Source: an uncultured Flavobacteriales bacterium
GTDB lineage: Bacteria > Bacteroidota > Bacteroidia > Flavobacteriales_G > NORP312
Assembly (NCBI GenBank): GCA_905480125.1
Contig: CAJQPE010000076.1
Location: forward strand, 3,306 to 67,305
DNA length: 64,000 nt
Direction: 5' to 3'
The position numbers were made by a program, and so were the translations under genes. Of the stretch, positions 20,121 through 32,491 are shown in pieces; the stretch's first letter is position 1; each line of letters begins with the position of its first letter. The notes under the pieces were generated by a model. That model had not been told where the DNA came from. It worked only from the letters and a program-made list of their open reading frames with translations, and made no database searches.

Positions 20121-22607
20121 CTACTTTTTCTTTTTTGCTTTTGGTTTAGGTTTTTTCTTTGGCGATCTTTCATCAATTATTTTCTCAACATCAGCAAGAG
20201 TCATCTCCTCAACATTAGTTCCCTTAGGTAATTCAATTTTAACTTTCCCTTTTATAATGTTGAATCTTCCCCAGCGCGCTTTTTGAAGTGAAATCCCCTT
20301 TTCGTCCCATCGATGTATGTATTTATCAATCTCCTTTTGTTTCTTGATTTCAATTAACTCAAAAATATCATCATTAGATAAGTTGTCGAAATCGTATTTT
20401 TTGCTAACATTTATAAACATTGAGTTCCACTTAATAAATGGGCCAAATCGGCCTGTTCCTTTTTGAACAGGCAAACCTTCGTATTCAGCAATTGGAGCAT
20501 CTGCTTTTTGCTTTTCTCTTATTAAATCGATTGAACGTTCAATATCTATTGAGGAAATGTCCTCTTCGCGCGGAATAGAAACAAACATTTCCTTAAATTT
20601 CACATAAGGTCCGAATCTCCCTTGCGCAACTACAACTTCTTCACCTTCATATTGCCCAACGGTTTTTGGGAAATCAAATAACTTCATTGCTTCTGCGAAA
20701 GTTACAGAACCCAAGGTCATTCCGTTCTGAAGCCCAGCAAAACGAGGCTTAACATCACCTTCTCCATCTCCAATTTGAATCATTGCACCAAACCTTCCTA
20801 TTCTTGCGACAACTGATTCACCTGTTTTTGGATCTTTACCTAAAACTCTTTCACCTTTCGCTCTCTCTGCATTTTCAAGTGTATGCTCAACTTTTTCGTG
20901 AAATGGAGAATAGAAATTTTTAATCATGTGACTCCAAGACTTTGTGCCCTCAGCAATTTCATCGAACTGTTTCTCTACACTTGCAGTGAAACTTAAATCC
21001 ATAATTTTTGAAAAATTTTCAACCAAGAAGTCATTAACTACGATCCCAATATCGGTAGGATACAACTTTCCCTTTTCGTGTCCTGTAATTTCAGTTTTTG
21101 TTAAAACAGATACTTTACCATTTTGTAAATCAAGTGATTGATAGTTACGCTTCTTTCCTTCGCGTTCCTCTTTAACAACATAGCCTCTCTTTTGCACCGT
21201 TGAAATTGTTGGTGCGTATGTTGAAGGTCTTCCGATACCATTTTCCTCTAGCTGCTTTACTAATGTTGCTTCCGAAAATCTTGCTGGGTGATGAGTAAAG
21301 CGCTCTGTTGCCTTAATCTTGTTGTAATCTAAAATTTCTCCTAATGCAATTGGTGGAATAATTCCACTATCTTTTTCTGAATTATCATCATCTCTAGATT
21401 CTAAATAAACTTTTAGAAAACCATCAAATTTTATTACTTCTCCTTTTGCCACAAAAGTTTCAGACCGACTAGAAACATCCACTTTTACTGTTGTTTTTTC
21501 TAATTGGGCATCAGCCATTTGAGAAGAGATAGTTCGTTTCCAAATTAAATCATACAAACGTTTTTGATCGCTATCGATTCCAGCCTCATGAACGTTAATG
21601 TATGTTGGACGAATGGCCTCGTGAGCTTCTTGCGCTCCTTTCGCCTTCGTTACATACTGTTTCGGGTTTGCGTACTCCGACCCATATGACTTGATGATCT
21701 CATCTTTTGCCGCACCCAAGGCTTGTTTTGATAAACTAACTGAATCAGTTCTCATATATGTTATATTCCCCGACTCATAAAGTCGTTGTGCAACCGTCAT
21801 TGTTCTAGAAACAGAATAACCAAGCTTCCTACTAGCCTCTTGCTGAAGAGTTGATGTTGTAAAAGGAGCTGTTGGAGATCTTTTTCCTGGCTTGACCTGA
21901 ACATCCGAAACATGAAATTGCGACGCCCCACAATTTTCTAAAAACTCGTATGCTTCTTTCTCTGTTTTAAACTTTTTATCCAATTCTGCTCGAAGAACTT
22001 TGTTTCCTGCAACAGAAAAATCAGCAATAACTTTATAACTAGATTGAGATTTAAAATTTTCAATCGCTCGTTCTCTCTCCACTATTATTCTTACCGCAAC
22101 AGATTGAACGCGTCCAGCGGATAATGAAGGCTTTACCTTTCTCCATAGAACCGGAGACAATTCAAACCCAACTAATCTATCTAAAATTCTGCGAGCTTGC
22201 TGGGCATCAACCAAATTATTGTCAATTTGACGAGGGTTTGCAACTGCATCTAATATTGCTATTTTCGTTATTTCATTAAAAACGATTCTTTTTGTCTCCT
22301 TTTTATCTAAATCTAGAACTTCATGCAAATGCCAAGAAATAGCCTCTCCTTCTCGGTCCTCATCAGTTGCTAACCAAACCGTTTTTGCGGCCTTTGCACT
22401 TTTTCTTAAATCCGCTACGACTGATTTTTTATCCGGAGAAATTTCGTAAGATGGGATAAAATCATTTTCTACATCAATCCCTAAACCTTTCTTTTTCAAA
22501 TCCCGCACGTGACCGAAACTTGATTTAACCTGAAAATCTTCTCCTAAAAAGCCTTCAATTGTCTTTGCTTTCGCAGGAGACTCAACAATTACTAAGTTTT
22601 TTGCCAT
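20121..22607 (-). CDS. topA: DNA topoisomerase I
   Basis: MAKNLVIVESPAKAKTI, LATDEDREGE, SAGRVQS, ITYMRTDS, GIGRPSTY, C-terminal GRFGPY repeats. Start moved to ATG 22607. Confidence 0.97.
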   Translation of the reverse strand: MAKNLVIVESPAKAKTIEGFLGEDFQVKSSFGHVRDLKKKGLGIDVENDFIPSYEISPDKKSVVADLRKSAKAAKTVWLATDEDREGEAISWHLHEVLDLDKKETKRIVFNEITKIAILDAVANPRQIDNNLVDAQQARRILDRLVGFELSPVLWRKVKPSLSAGRVQSVAVRIIVERERAIENFKSQSSYKVIADFSVAGNKVLRAELDKKFKTEKEAYEFLENCGASQFHVSDVQVKPGKRSPTAPFTTSTLQQEASRKLGYSVSRTMTVAQRLYESGNITYMRTDSVSLSKQALGAAKDEIIKSYGSEYANPKQYVTKAKGAQEAHEAIRPTYINVHEAGIDSDQKRLYDLIWKRTISSQMADAQLEKTTVKVDVSSRSETFVAKGEVIKFDGFLKVYLESRDDDNSEKDSGIIPPIALGEILDYNKIKATERFTHHPARFSEATLVKQLEENGIGRPSTYAPTISTVQKRGYVVKEEREGKKRNYQSLDLQNGKVSVLTKTEITGHEKGKLYPTDIGIVVNDFLVENFSKIMDLSFTASVEKQFDEIAEGTKSWSHMIKNFYSPFHEKVEHTLENAERAKGERVLGKDPKTGESVVARIGRFGAMIQIGDGEGDVKPRFAGLQNGMTLGSVTFAEAMKLFDFPKTVGQYEGEEVVVAQGRFGPYVKFKEMFVSIPREEDISSIDIERSIDLIREKQKADAPIAEYEGLPVQKGTGRFGPFIKWNSMFINVSKKYDFDNLSNDDIFELIEIKKQKEIDKYIHRWDEKGISLQKARWGRFNIIKGKVKIELPKGTNVEEMTLADVEKIIDERSPKKKPKPKAKKKK

Positions 22608-22772
22608 GGCACTAGAAAATTTAAATGAACACTTAAAATTTATGCAAATTAAATGAATTACATTTTGTTTTTCCAAATCGAATTTCGAGTTCGTTTTATA
22701 TAATACTATGTATTATGTTTTGATAAAAAAAATTAGTGGACCAAATTTAACACGTGGATAGCCGAATGACAT

Positions 22773-22803
22773 TTTGGCACTAAACCCAGTTTTGTTACTT
22801 TTG
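22773..22803 (+). promoter_or_regulatory. Consensus Bacteroidota sigma-A promoter TTTG-N19-TACTTTTG for the miaB operon
   Basis: -33 TTTG at 22773-22776, 19-nt spacer, -7 TACTTTTG at 22796-22803. Confidence 0.75.
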
Positions 22804-22816
22804 CAGCCACTTATAA

Positions 22817-24256
22817 ATGCAAATGGATACGGAAAAAAAAATAATAGATGAACATTCTCAGGGGAACTCAACATTGATTGAAAGTCCAATTTTGCAAAAC
22901 GGAAGAAAACTTTATATCGAGAGCTATGGCTGTCAAATGAATTTTTCAGATAGCGAGATCGTTGCATCTGTAATGGCTAAGGAAGGATACGCCACAACAA
23001 ATGACCAATATGAAGCAGATGTTGTTTTGTTAAATACCTGTTCGATAAGAGATAAGGCCGAACAAACTGTCAGATCTCGATTAAGGGATTTCAAAAAGAA
23101 AAAGAAAGAAAAACCAAATCTAGTCATTGGAGTTCTTGGATGTATGGCTGAACGTTTAAAAACTCAATTACTTGACGAGGAAAAGCTAGTTGACATTGTT
23201 GCAGGGCCTGATTCTTATAGGGACTTACCTAATCTAGTGAGCGAAGTTGACGGAGGACAAAAAGCAGTTAATGTTCTTCTTAGCCGAGAAGAAACTTATG
23301 CAGAAATTAGCCCCGTAAGATTAAATAGTAATGGCATCACAGCTTTTATCTCAATTATGAGAGGCTGTGACAACATGTGTGCATTTTGTGTAGTGCCTTT
23401 TACAAGGGGGCGTGAAAGAAGTAGAAATCCCAAATCTATTGTAAAAGAAGCACAAGAATTAGTTGCCCAAGGCTATAAAGAAGTAACCCTTCTTGGGCAA
23501 AATGTTGATTCTTATCGTTGGAACATTAATAATAAAGGTGAAATAAAAGACGTATCAAAACCTACAACCAATTTCTCGCAATTGATGGAAATGGTGGCTC
23601 TAGTTAGTCCTAATTTACGCATTCGTTTTTCAACTTCTCACCCGAAAGACATGACCGATGATGTTTTGCGTGTTATCTCGAAGTATGAAAACATCTGTAA
23701 TTATATACACCTTCCTGTTCAAAGTGGCAGTAGCGAAGTTCTAAAACGAATGAATCGAGGTTATACTCGTGAATGGTATTTAAATCGAATTAAAGCAATA
23801 CGAGAAATTATTCCAGGCTGTGCAATTTCTACAGATATCATTGCTGGATTTTGTGGAGAAACTGAGGAAGAACACAACGAAACTCTTTCACTTATGGAAG
23901 AAGTTCAATATGATTATGCCTTTAATTTCTTTTATTCTGAGCGTCCTAAAACATTAGCAGAAAGAAAATTTGAAGACGATGTAACACAAGAAGTAAAAAA
24001 AAGAAGATTGGCGGAAATAATTGTCGTTCAAAGAAAAAGTGCGGGAAAAATAAACGAAACTACACTCGGAAAGACCTATAAGGTGTTGGTCGAAGGATTC
24101 TCTAAAAAATCGAAGGAATATCTTTTCGGTCGAAACTCGCAGAACGCAGCGATAGTTTTTCCAAAAGAAAATTATAAATCAGGACAATATGTTAACGTGA
24201 AGGTGGATAATTGCACAACGGCAACCCTTCTTGGAACCGCTTTAAATTTAGCCTAA
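22817..24256 (+). CDS. miaB: tRNA-2-methylthio-N6-dimethylallyladenosine synthase
   Basis: [24 protein letters not shown], radical-SAM [10 protein letters not shown]-terminal TRAM domain. Confidence 0.97.
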   Translation: MQMDTEKKIIDEHSQGNSTLIESPILQNGRKLYIESYGCQMNFSDSEIVASVMAKEGYATTNDQYEADVVLLNTCSIRDKAEQTVRSRLRDFKKKKKEKPNLVIGVLGCMAERLKTQLLDEEKLVDIVAGPDSYRDLPNLVSEVDGGQKAVNVLLSREETYAEISPVRLNSNGITAFISIMRGCDNMCAFCVVPFTRGRERSRNPKSIVKEAQELVAQGYKEVTLLGQNVDSYRWNINNKGEIKDVSKPTTNFSQLMEMVALVSPNLRIRFSTSHPKDMTDDVLRVISKYENICNYIHLPVQSGSSEVLKRMNRGYTREWYLNRIKAIREIIPGCAISTDIIAGFCGETEEEHNETLSLMEEVQYDYAFNFFYSERPKTLAERKFEDDVTQEVKKRRLAEIIVVQRKSAGKINETTLGKTYKVLVEGFSKKSKEYLFGRNSQNAAIVFPKENYKSGQYVNVKVDNCTTATLLGTALNLA

Positions 24257-24258
24257 TA

Positions 24259-25521
24259 ATGATGGATGTTCAAAAAGCAAAACAAAGGTTTGGTATTATT
24301 GGATCATCTCCTAGTTTAAACAGAGCTATTGAAACCGCAATGCAAGTAGCACCTACTGATTTATCTGTTCTTATAACTGGGGAAAGTGGCACAGGAAAAG
24401 AAGCTATGCCGCAAATAATTCACCAATTTAGTGTTCGTAAACATGGGCCATATATCGCGGTTAATTGCGGGGCAATACCTGACGGGACAATTGATTCAGA
24501 ACTATTTGGTCACGAAAAAGGATCATTTACGGGTGCTTCAGGAGAAAGAAAAGGATATTTTGAAGTTGCTAACGGAGGAACCATTTTCTTAGATGAGGTT
24601 GCTGAATTACCAATGCAAACACAAGTGCGATTGCTTAGAGTACTAGAAACAGGGGAATTCATGAAAGTAGGCTCGTCTAAAGTTCAGAAAACTGATGTTA
24701 GAATCGTTGCCGCTACGAACGTTAATGTTACGCAAGCAATATCGAAAAATAAATTTCGAGAAGATCTATTTTACAGATTAAACACTGTTCCTATTCAGAT
24801 ACCTGCCTTGCGTGAACGGAAAGCAGATATTTATCTTCTTTTTAGGAAATTCGCTTCTGACTTTGCAGAAAAATATAGAATGCCGTCTATACGTCTTGAT
24901 GAAGCGGCACAGCATGTTTTATCAAGCCATAGGTGGCCTGGAAACATACGTCAATTAAAAAATATTACAGAGCAAATTTCAATTATTGAGCAGGATAGAA
25001 ATGTTTCAAGTGATGTACTAATAAAGTATCTGCCGACTTATAATGAAAATAAACTCCCCGTTCTTTTTAGTGAAACCAATGAAGAATCAAACGTTACCGA
25101 TAGAGAGCTGCTTTACAAAGTTCTTTTTGATATGAAGAAAGACATGACTGATTTGAAAAAATTAGTTGCTGAAGTTATTAAGAATGGCGGTGAAATTGAT
25201 CTAGGAGGTGACAATGCTCGCATTGTTCAGAAATTGTATGATGATGAACCTCTTTCAGTTGCTCATGACACCACCTTGCATATACCAACAAGCCCTCCGT
25301 CAGATGGGGAAACAGTTGTAATGCCTTCCTCATACGGAAACGCAGATTACCATCAGCCTACTGAAATAATTGAAGAGTCACTTTCGTTAGAAGACCAAGA
25401 AATTGAATTAATAAAAAAGGCGTTAGAAAAATACAGAGGTAAACGAAAATATGCAGCTAAAGAACTAGGAATTTCGGAACGAACATTGTACCGGAAAATC
25501 AAAGAATATAACCTAAGTTGA
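24259..25521 (+). CDS. Sigma54-dependent enhancer-binding protein (AAA+ plus Fis HTH, no receiver domain)
   Basis: [58 protein letters not shown]. Start moved to the ATG following the miaB stop. Confidence 0.92.
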   Translation: MMDVQKAKQRFGIIGSSPSLNRAIETAMQVAPTDLSVLITGESGTGKEAMPQIIHQFSVRKHGPYIAVNCGAIPDGTIDSELFGHEKGSFTGASGERKGYFEVANGGTIFLDEVAELPMQTQVRLLRVLETGEFMKVGSSKVQKTDVRIVAATNVNVTQAISKNKFREDLFYRLNTVPIQIPALRERKADIYLLFRKFASDFAEKYRMPSIRLDEAAQHVLSSHRWPGNIRQLKNITEQISIIEQDRNVSSDVLIKYLPTYNENKLPVLFSETNEESNVTDRELLYKVLFDMKKDMTDLKKLVAEVIKNGGEIDLGGDNARIVQKLYDDEPLSVAHDTTLHIPTSPPSDGETVVMPSSYGNADYHQPTEIIEESLSLEDQEIELIKKALEKYRGKRKYAAKELGISERTLYRKIKEYNLS

Positions 25522-26030
25522 TTCGCTTCGCTAAAATATTATTTATTCTAATAACTTTATTTATTTTAAGTGGCTGTGCTGGTGGCAGATACTCTTTCAC
25601 GCAAGGTATACCAGACCCAAATATAAATACCGTTTCTATTCAATATTTCACAAATCAAGCGCCCTTGGCTAAGCCTACATTGAGTAATTCATTTACTGAA
25701 TCGTTAAAAGATTTGTTCCAAACACAAACTAAATTAGCTCTAGTTAGTAAATACGGTGATTTACAATTTGAAGGTTATGTTTCAGGATATAGAACAGCAC
25801 CGGTTGCTATTACAGGAAATGAAACTGCAGCTAAAAACAGATTAACAATTTCCGTTAAAGTGAAGTTTGTAAATACGCAACAACCAGAGAAAAATTATGA
25901 GCAAAGTTTTTCACGTTATTCGGAATACAATAGTAATTTAGATTTAACAGCTGTGGAAGATGAGTTGATTGTCGAAATTAATGACCAACTCGTTCAAGAT
26001 ATTTTTAACAAAGCTATGAGTAATTGGTAA
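25518..26030 (+). CDS. lptE: LptE-family LPS assembly lipoprotein
   Basis: Lipobox [27 protein letters not shown]; position typical of this Bacteroidota operon. Confidence 0.8.
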   Translation: MIRFAKILFILITLFILSGCAGGRYSFTQGIPDPNINTVSIQYFTNQAPLAKPTLSNSFTESLKDLFQTQTKLALVSKYGDLQFEGYVSGYRTAPVAITGNETAAKNRLTISVKVKFVNTQQPEKNYEQSFSRYSEYNSNLDLTAVEDELIVEINDQLVQDIFNKAMSNW

Positions 26031-26842
26031 ACGTGAATAAATCTTCCTTTTATTACTCCTTAGAAAATCTGAACAAGATTGGCGACATCGAAAGTATCGT
26101 TAGTGAGTTTCCCTATTTTCAAACGGCACGATTGTTATTGTTAAAAAAAAAGTGCAATTCGGAGGATATTCATTTCTCTCAAGAGCTAAAAAAAACGGCT
26201 ATTTATGCAGGAAATCGAAAAATTCTTTATTATCTAATTCTCTACAAAGCATTTACCGAAAAATTAGTAGAAATAGATAAATCTATTTCTGATGAAGATA
26301 AAGTATCCGAAAATATACTCAAGCCTGACAAGAAAAATGAAGATTCTTCAAATGAACAACCATCCAAATCAAATTTAGATAAACAAATTATTGAACAAGC
26401 TGTCGCTTATTCAATCGAAAAAGATGTTCTAGAAATTAGTGAGAAAGAAACTATTTCTAAGGATTCTTTAGCACTGCCCGAAATCGTTGAAATTGACATC
26501 TCAAACCTTTCTTTTACCGAATGGTTAAGATACAGTTCAGAAAATGATGAAAAAATCGTTAAGCAGAAGTCAATTGAAACTTTAATTGAAAATTTTATTG
26601 AAAACGAGCCTAAGGTTAATACCTCCAAAACGAAATTCTTCTCTCCCTCAGAATTAGCAAGGCAGAGCATACAAGACAACGAAGATTTTATTACTGAAAC
26701 TTTAGCGAAAATATACGTTGCTCAGGGCAACTACGCTAAGGCAATTAAAGCTTTTGAACGATTAAGCTTGAATTATCCCGAAAAAAGCATTTATTTTGCC
26801 GACCAAATTAAATCCGTAGAGGATCTTATTAAAGAAAAGTAA
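26024..26842 (+). CDS. Conserved hypothetical protein with C-terminal TPR
   Basis: [39 protein letters not shown]. Confidence 0.75.
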   Translation: MVNVNKSSFYYSLENLNKIGDIESIVSEFPYFQTARLLLLKKKCNSEDIHFSQELKKTAIYAGNRKILYYLILYKAFTEKLVEIDKSISDEDKVSENILKPDKKNEDSSNEQPSKSNLDKQIIEQAVAYSIEKDVLEISEKETISKDSLALPEIVEIDISNLSFTEWLRYSSENDEKIVKQKSIETLIENFIENEPKVNTSKTKFFSPSELARQSIQDNEDFITETLAKIYVAQGNYAKAIKAFERLSLNYPEKSIYFADQIKSVEDLIKEK

Positions 26843-26844
26843 TC

Positions 26845-27171
26845 ATGATTTTAATTAGCGTATTAATAACAATAGTTTGCTTACTCCTTATAGGGGTAGT
26901 GTTAATTCAGAATTCTAAGGGTGGCGGTTTATCTTCGTCATTTGGTCAAGGAAACCAAGTAATGGGTGTAAGAAAAACTACCGATTTTCTTGAAAAAGCA
27001 ACCTGGGGATTGGCAATTGGTTTATTGGTCCTATGCTTAGCTTCTGCTGCTACAATTGGCGGTATAGGTGAAACAGAAATAAAACAAAGTAAAATTCAAA
27101 ATCAAATTAACAACGTACAACTTCCTCAACAGGAAACTCAGCAGCAACCTGTTTCAGCTCCAACGGAATAG
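26845..27171 (+). CDS. secG: Preprotein translocase subunit SecG
   Basis: VLIQNSKGGGLSSSFG, GVRKTTDFLEKATW. Confidence 0.93.
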   Translation: MILISVLITIVCLLLIGVVLIQNSKGGGLSSSFGQGNQVMGVRKTTDFLEKATWGLAIGLLVLCLASAATIGGIGETEIKQSKIQNQINNVQLPQQETQQQPVSAPTE

Positions 27172-27195
27172 CACTTTAGATAAAAAAGCTTTTAG

Positions 27196-27229
27196 AATGT
27201 CAGTTTGTCTATCTTACTGACATTTTTTT
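27196..27229 (+). terminator. Inverted repeat AATGTCAGT-N11-ACTGACATT plus T-run after secG (terminator and/or operator)
   Basis: 9-bp perfect arms at 27196-27204 and 27216-27224 followed by T residues. Confidence 0.55.
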
Positions 27230-27284
27230 ATTCAAAACATTCCTAAACTGCAATATTGTCGCTGAATAAGCTACAATAATGTAA

Positions 27285-27299
27285 TGGCATAGAATATGT
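27285..27299 (+). promoter_or_regulatory. Putative sigma54 (-24/-12) promoter of groESL
   Basis: TGGCATAGAATATGT: GG-N10-GT against the consensus GG-N10-GC, 55 nt upstream of groES. Confidence 0.45.
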
Positions 27300-27354
27300 A
27301 ATTCCATTCGTAACAACAATTAGAATTATAACTTAATTACATAAATACAAAAAC

Positions 27355-27630
27355 ATGGCAATAAATGTTAAACCATTAGCAGACAGAGTAATTGTAGAAC
27401 CTGCTGCAGCTGAGTTAAAAACAGCAGGCGGAATCATCATCCCTGATACAGCAAAAGAAAAACCACAAAAAGGAAAGGTACTTGCTGTTGGAACTGGTAA
27501 AATTGATGAGCCAATGACAGTAACAATTGGTGATGAAGTGCTTTACGGTAAATATTCTGGGACAGAAGTTACGATTGAAGGTCAAGACCTTCTTATCATG
27601 AGAGAATCTGATTTGTACGCGATTATCTAA
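27355..27630 (+). CDS. groES: Co-chaperonin GroES
   Basis: [32 protein letters not shown]. Confidence 0.98.
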   Translation: MAINVKPLADRVIVEPAAAELKTAGGIIIPDTAKEKPQKGKVLAVGTGKIDEPMTVTIGDEVLYGKYSGTEVTIEGQDLLIMRESDLYAII

Positions 27631-27653
27631 TCGCAATTTTTAAAAAAACTTAA

Positions 27654-29315
<1,662 letters not shown>

Positions 29316-29336
29316 GCGTATTAATTATAATACTTT

Positions 29337-29367
29337 AAAGCCCTACTCTCAAAAGAGTGGGGCTTTT
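29337..29367 (+). terminator. Rho-independent terminator of groESL
   Basis: AAAGCCCTACTCT-CAAA-AGAGTGGGGCTTT followed by T. Confidence 0.85.
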
Positions 29368-29408
29368 AGTTTCCAAAAAAAATTACCTTTAGCTTTGCAA
29401 AATAACCC

Positions 29409-29852
29409 ATGAAATTAGACAAAAACGCCAATGACCAAGAAAAATTGGAAAAGGCAAACATCTCTAATGACATGTTTGCCGGAAGAGAAAAACGTTTCAT
29501 TAATCTAATTATCGACACAATTATGTACTACCTTATAGCTACATTAATTATGTTAATAATCAATGTCTTAGGAGAAGATATGAAAGAAAATACTTTCTAC
29601 ACTTACCTTATAATGTATGGTTCGCATTTCACATATTATTCTTTACTGGAACACTTTGCCAGAGGAAAAACTGTTGGTAAATTTATTACTAAGACTCGTG
29701 TTTTAACTAAAACCCGAGAATTACCCTCTTTACACACGACCATGCTTCGATCTTTTTGCAGGTTTATTCCCTTTGAAGCCTTCTCTAACCTAGGGAAGCC
29801 CCCAAGAGGATGGCATGACTCATTTTCAAAAACATATGTAATCAACGACTAA
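29409..29852 (+). CDS. RDD family membrane protein
   Basis: KRFINLIID, YYSLLE, GKTVGKFITKTRV, LRSFCRFIPFE, WHD; -7 element TAGCTTTG at 29390-29397. Confidence 0.88.
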   Translation: MKLDKNANDQEKLEKANISNDMFAGREKRFINLIIDTIMYYLIATLIMLIINVLGEDMKENTFYTYLIMYGSHFTYYSLLEHFARGKTVGKFITKTRVLTKTRELPSLHTTMLRSFCRFIPFEAFSNLGKPPRGWHDSFSKTYVIND

Positions 29853-30275
29853 ATGAGTATCTGGTTTCAAGAATATAAACTGAAAGATTTTGAACAGTTC
29901 AACACGAAGAATATTCACCATTCTTTAGGAATAGAGTTTACCAAAATAGGCCACAAATCATTAATTGCAACGATGCCCGTTGATGAGCGTACCATCCAAC
30001 CAGCTGGAATACTTCATGGAGGTGCATCCGTTGTTTTGGCCGAATCTTTAGGCAGTGTCGGATCTAATTTAATTGTAGACCCTTCCCTGTTTTACTGTGT
30101 TGGTCAATCGATTAACGCTAATCACATTCGCCCTACGCAATCAGGAAAAGTTACTGGGACTGCTTTACCAATACACCTTGGAAAAGCAAGCCACATTTGG
30201 TCCATCGAAATTAAAAATGAGAAAGGAAAATTAGTCTGTGTTTGTAGACTGACAATGGCGATTATCAAGAAATAA
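29853..30275 (+). CDS. Hotdog-fold thioesterase (PaaI/MenI-like, possible DHNA-CoA hydrolase)
   Basis: MPVDERTIQPAGILHGGASVVLAESLGS, INANHIR. Confidence 0.88.
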   Translation: MSIWFQEYKLKDFEQFNTKNIHHSLGIEFTKIGHKSLIATMPVDERTIQPAGILHGGASVVLAESLGSVGSNLIVDPSLFYCVGQSINANHIRPTQSGKVTGTALPIHLGKASHIWSIEIKNEKGKLVCVCRLTMAIIKK

Positions 30276-30316
30276 ATCCTTGCCTCGTTAAAGCAATAGA
30301 GTATTTAAGCTATGTT

Positions 30317-30751
30317 TTAAACTAATTCCCAGCCCCAAACTACCAGCAAATAACGCATCAACTTACCTAAAAACATTATAGCTAGCACAAGCGTAACTTT
30401 TGCTCTAAAAACCCCTAGAGCAATAGCAAGTACATCCCCTACAAAAGGCAGCCAGCAAAAAAAAGCAGTCAGACTTCCATACTTGTCTATCCATGATTTA
30501 AAACGAAAGACTTTCTCTTGATGCACTCTAAGTTTACTTTCAATCCAGCTCCATTTACCTAAATAGCCAAGATAGAATGAACTCATACCACCCATGGTGT
30601 TGCCAACTGCTGCCACAGCTACGATACCAAAACCATCAAAGCCTGCTACAAGCATTCCTGCTACTACTACTTCAGAACTAAACGGCACAATCGTCGCTGC
30701 TAAAAAAGTGGCTACAAATAATCCGAAATACCCTAGTTCAACATAGTCCAT
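30317..30751 (-). CDS. YqaA / DedA (VTT) family membrane protein
   Basis: FLAATIVPFSSE, GNTMGG, WLPFVGD, GKLMRY. Confidence 0.88.
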   Translation of the reverse strand: MDYVELGYFGLFVATFLAATIVPFSSEVVVAGMLVAGFDGFGIVAVAAVGNTMGGMSSFYLGYLGKWSWIESKLRVHQEKVFRFKSWIDKYGSLTAFFCWLPFVGDVLAIALGVFRAKVTLVLAIMFLGKLMRYLLVVWGWELV

Positions 30752-30859
30752 AATAGAATTGCAAGTTTAAAGGTTAAAGTCTAAAGAAATTAGAACTATT
30801 GAAATATTTCAGTATCAGCTTTACGTTTCCCTTTGCGCTTTTTACTTTATCACCTCTAC

Positions 30860-30891
30860 CTTATCAACAAAAAATAACACTTATCAACAAA
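30860..30891 (+). repeat. Direct repeat CTTATCAACAAA x2 (20-nt period), DnaA-box-like, upstream of purH
   Basis: Copies at 30860-30871 and 30880-30891; TTATCAACA differs by one base from TTATCCACA. Confidence 0.5.
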
Positions 30892-30964
30892 GCGTTTCTC
30901 AAGGTAAAACGAACCTTTAATATCGTTAAAATTGCATGTTATAGACATTTAGAAACCCAATAGA

Positions 30965-32485
30965 GTGATTAAAATTAAAAACGCATTAGTTTCTGTATTT
31001 TACAAGGATAACCTTGAACCGATAATTCAAAAACTGAATGAACTCGGTGTGAAAATATACTCTACCGGAGGTACTCAGAAATTTATTGAATCTAAAGGTG
31101 TAGCTGTTACACCTGTTGAAAAACTTACTTCGTACCCTTCTATTTTAGGTGGAAGGGTAAAAACATTACATCCAAAAGTATTTGGCGGTATCTTGGCCAG
31201 AAGAGAATTAGATAGTGATCGAGAGCAATTAGCAGAATATGAAATTCCTGAATTGGATTTAGTGATTGTAGACCTCTACCCATTCGAAGAAACAGTTTCA
31301 TCTGATGCTAGCGAGCAAGATATTATTGAAAAAATTGACATAGGTGGCATCTCCTTGATTCGCGCAGCTGCTAAAAACTTCAAAGATGTAACTATCATTT
31401 CATCAAAAAATCAGTACGAAGTTCTTTTAGAAATTTTGACTGCAAAAGAAGGGGTTACAACTATTTCTGAACGTAAGAAATTTGCAACAGAAGCATTCAA
31501 TATTTCATCGCATTACGATAGTGCGATTTTTAATTATTTCTGTGATAGAGATGCCCATGCTTTTAAGTCTAGTATTCAGAATTCTCAAGTCTTGAGATAC
31601 GGAGAAAACCCACATCAAAAAGGTGTTTTCTATGGTAATCTCAATGAAATGTTTGAGAAGCTTCACGGTAAAGAATTATCTTACAACAACCTTTTAGATA
31701 TTGACGCTGCGGTTAATTTGATAGATGAATTTAATACCGATAAACCAACATTCGCTGTTCTAAAACATAATAATGCTTGTGGCCTTGCAACTCGCGATAC
31801 ATTAGTGGATGCATGGAAAGATGCCTTAGCTGGTGACCCAACTTCTGCTTTTGGCGGAATTTTAATAACCAATAAAACAATAGACAAAGCAACCGCTGAG
31901 GAAGTAAACAAGTTATTCTGTGAAGTTGTCATTTCAACTGGCTATGATACAGATGCAGAAGAGATTCTAAAGTCTAAAAAAAACCGAGTGCTTCTAAAAA
32001 GAAAAAAAGCTTCACTTCCAGCTAAGCAATTCAGAACTATTTTGAATGGTGTATTAGAGCAAGACAAAGACTTAAAAGTTGAAACCTCAGCTGATTTGAC
32101 AACCGTAACCATTAAAGAACCTACTGAAAGCGAAATTGCAGATATGCTCTTCGCTAATAAACTAGTAAAGCATACTAAGTCTAACACTATTGTTTTTGCA
32201 AGAAACAACCAGTTATTGTCAAGTGGAACTGGACAAACATCGCGAGTTGATGCACTAAATCAAGCAATTGAAAAAGCCAATAAATTTGGATTCGATCTAA
32301 AAGGTGCCTCAATGGCTTCTGATGCATTTTTTCCTTTTCCAGATTGTGTAGAAATAGCCGACAAAGTTGGAATAACTGCAGTTATTCAGCCCGGAGGATC
32401 AATTAAAGATCAGCAGTCGATTGACTACTGCAACAACAACAATCTTGCTATGGTTCTTACAGGAACTCGACATTTTAAACATTAA
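30965..32485 (+). CDS. purH: Bifunctional AICAR transformylase / IMP cyclohydrolase
   Basis: STGGT, GGRVKTLHP, IDIGGISL.RAAAKN, LRYGENPHQ, ASDAFFPF, TGTRHFKH; GTG start. Confidence 0.97.
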   Translation: MIKIKNALVSVFYKDNLEPIIQKLNELGVKIYSTGGTQKFIESKGVAVTPVEKLTSYPSILGGRVKTLHPKVFGGILARRELDSDREQLAEYEIPELDLVIVDLYPFEETVSSDASEQDIIEKIDIGGISLIRAAAKNFKDVTIISSKNQYEVLLEILTAKEGVTTISERKKFATEAFNISSHYDSAIFNYFCDRDAHAFKSSIQNSQVLRYGENPHQKGVFYGNLNEMFEKLHGKELSYNNLLDIDAAVNLIDEFNTDKPTFAVLKHNNACGLATRDTLVDAWKDALAGDPTSAFGGILITNKTIDKATAEEVNKLFCEVVISTGYDTDAEEILKSKKNRVLLKRKKASLPAKQFRTILNGVLEQDKDLKVETSADLTTVTIKEPTESEIADMLFANKLVKHTKSNTIVFARNNQLLSSGTGQTSRVDALNQAIEKANKFGFDLKGASMASDAFFPFPDCVEIADKVGITAVIQPGGSIKDQQSIDYCNNNNLAMVLTGTRHFKH

Positions 32486-32491
32486 TAAATT

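Noticed and set aside
27172-27354. CIRCE/HrcA operator upstream of groES
   Set aside because: No TTAGCACTC-N9-GAGTGCTAA or close variant is present.
30752-30964. ZTP (pfl) or purine riboswitch upstream of purH
   Set aside because: The region is very AT-rich and lacks the conserved GC-rich elements of these riboswitches.
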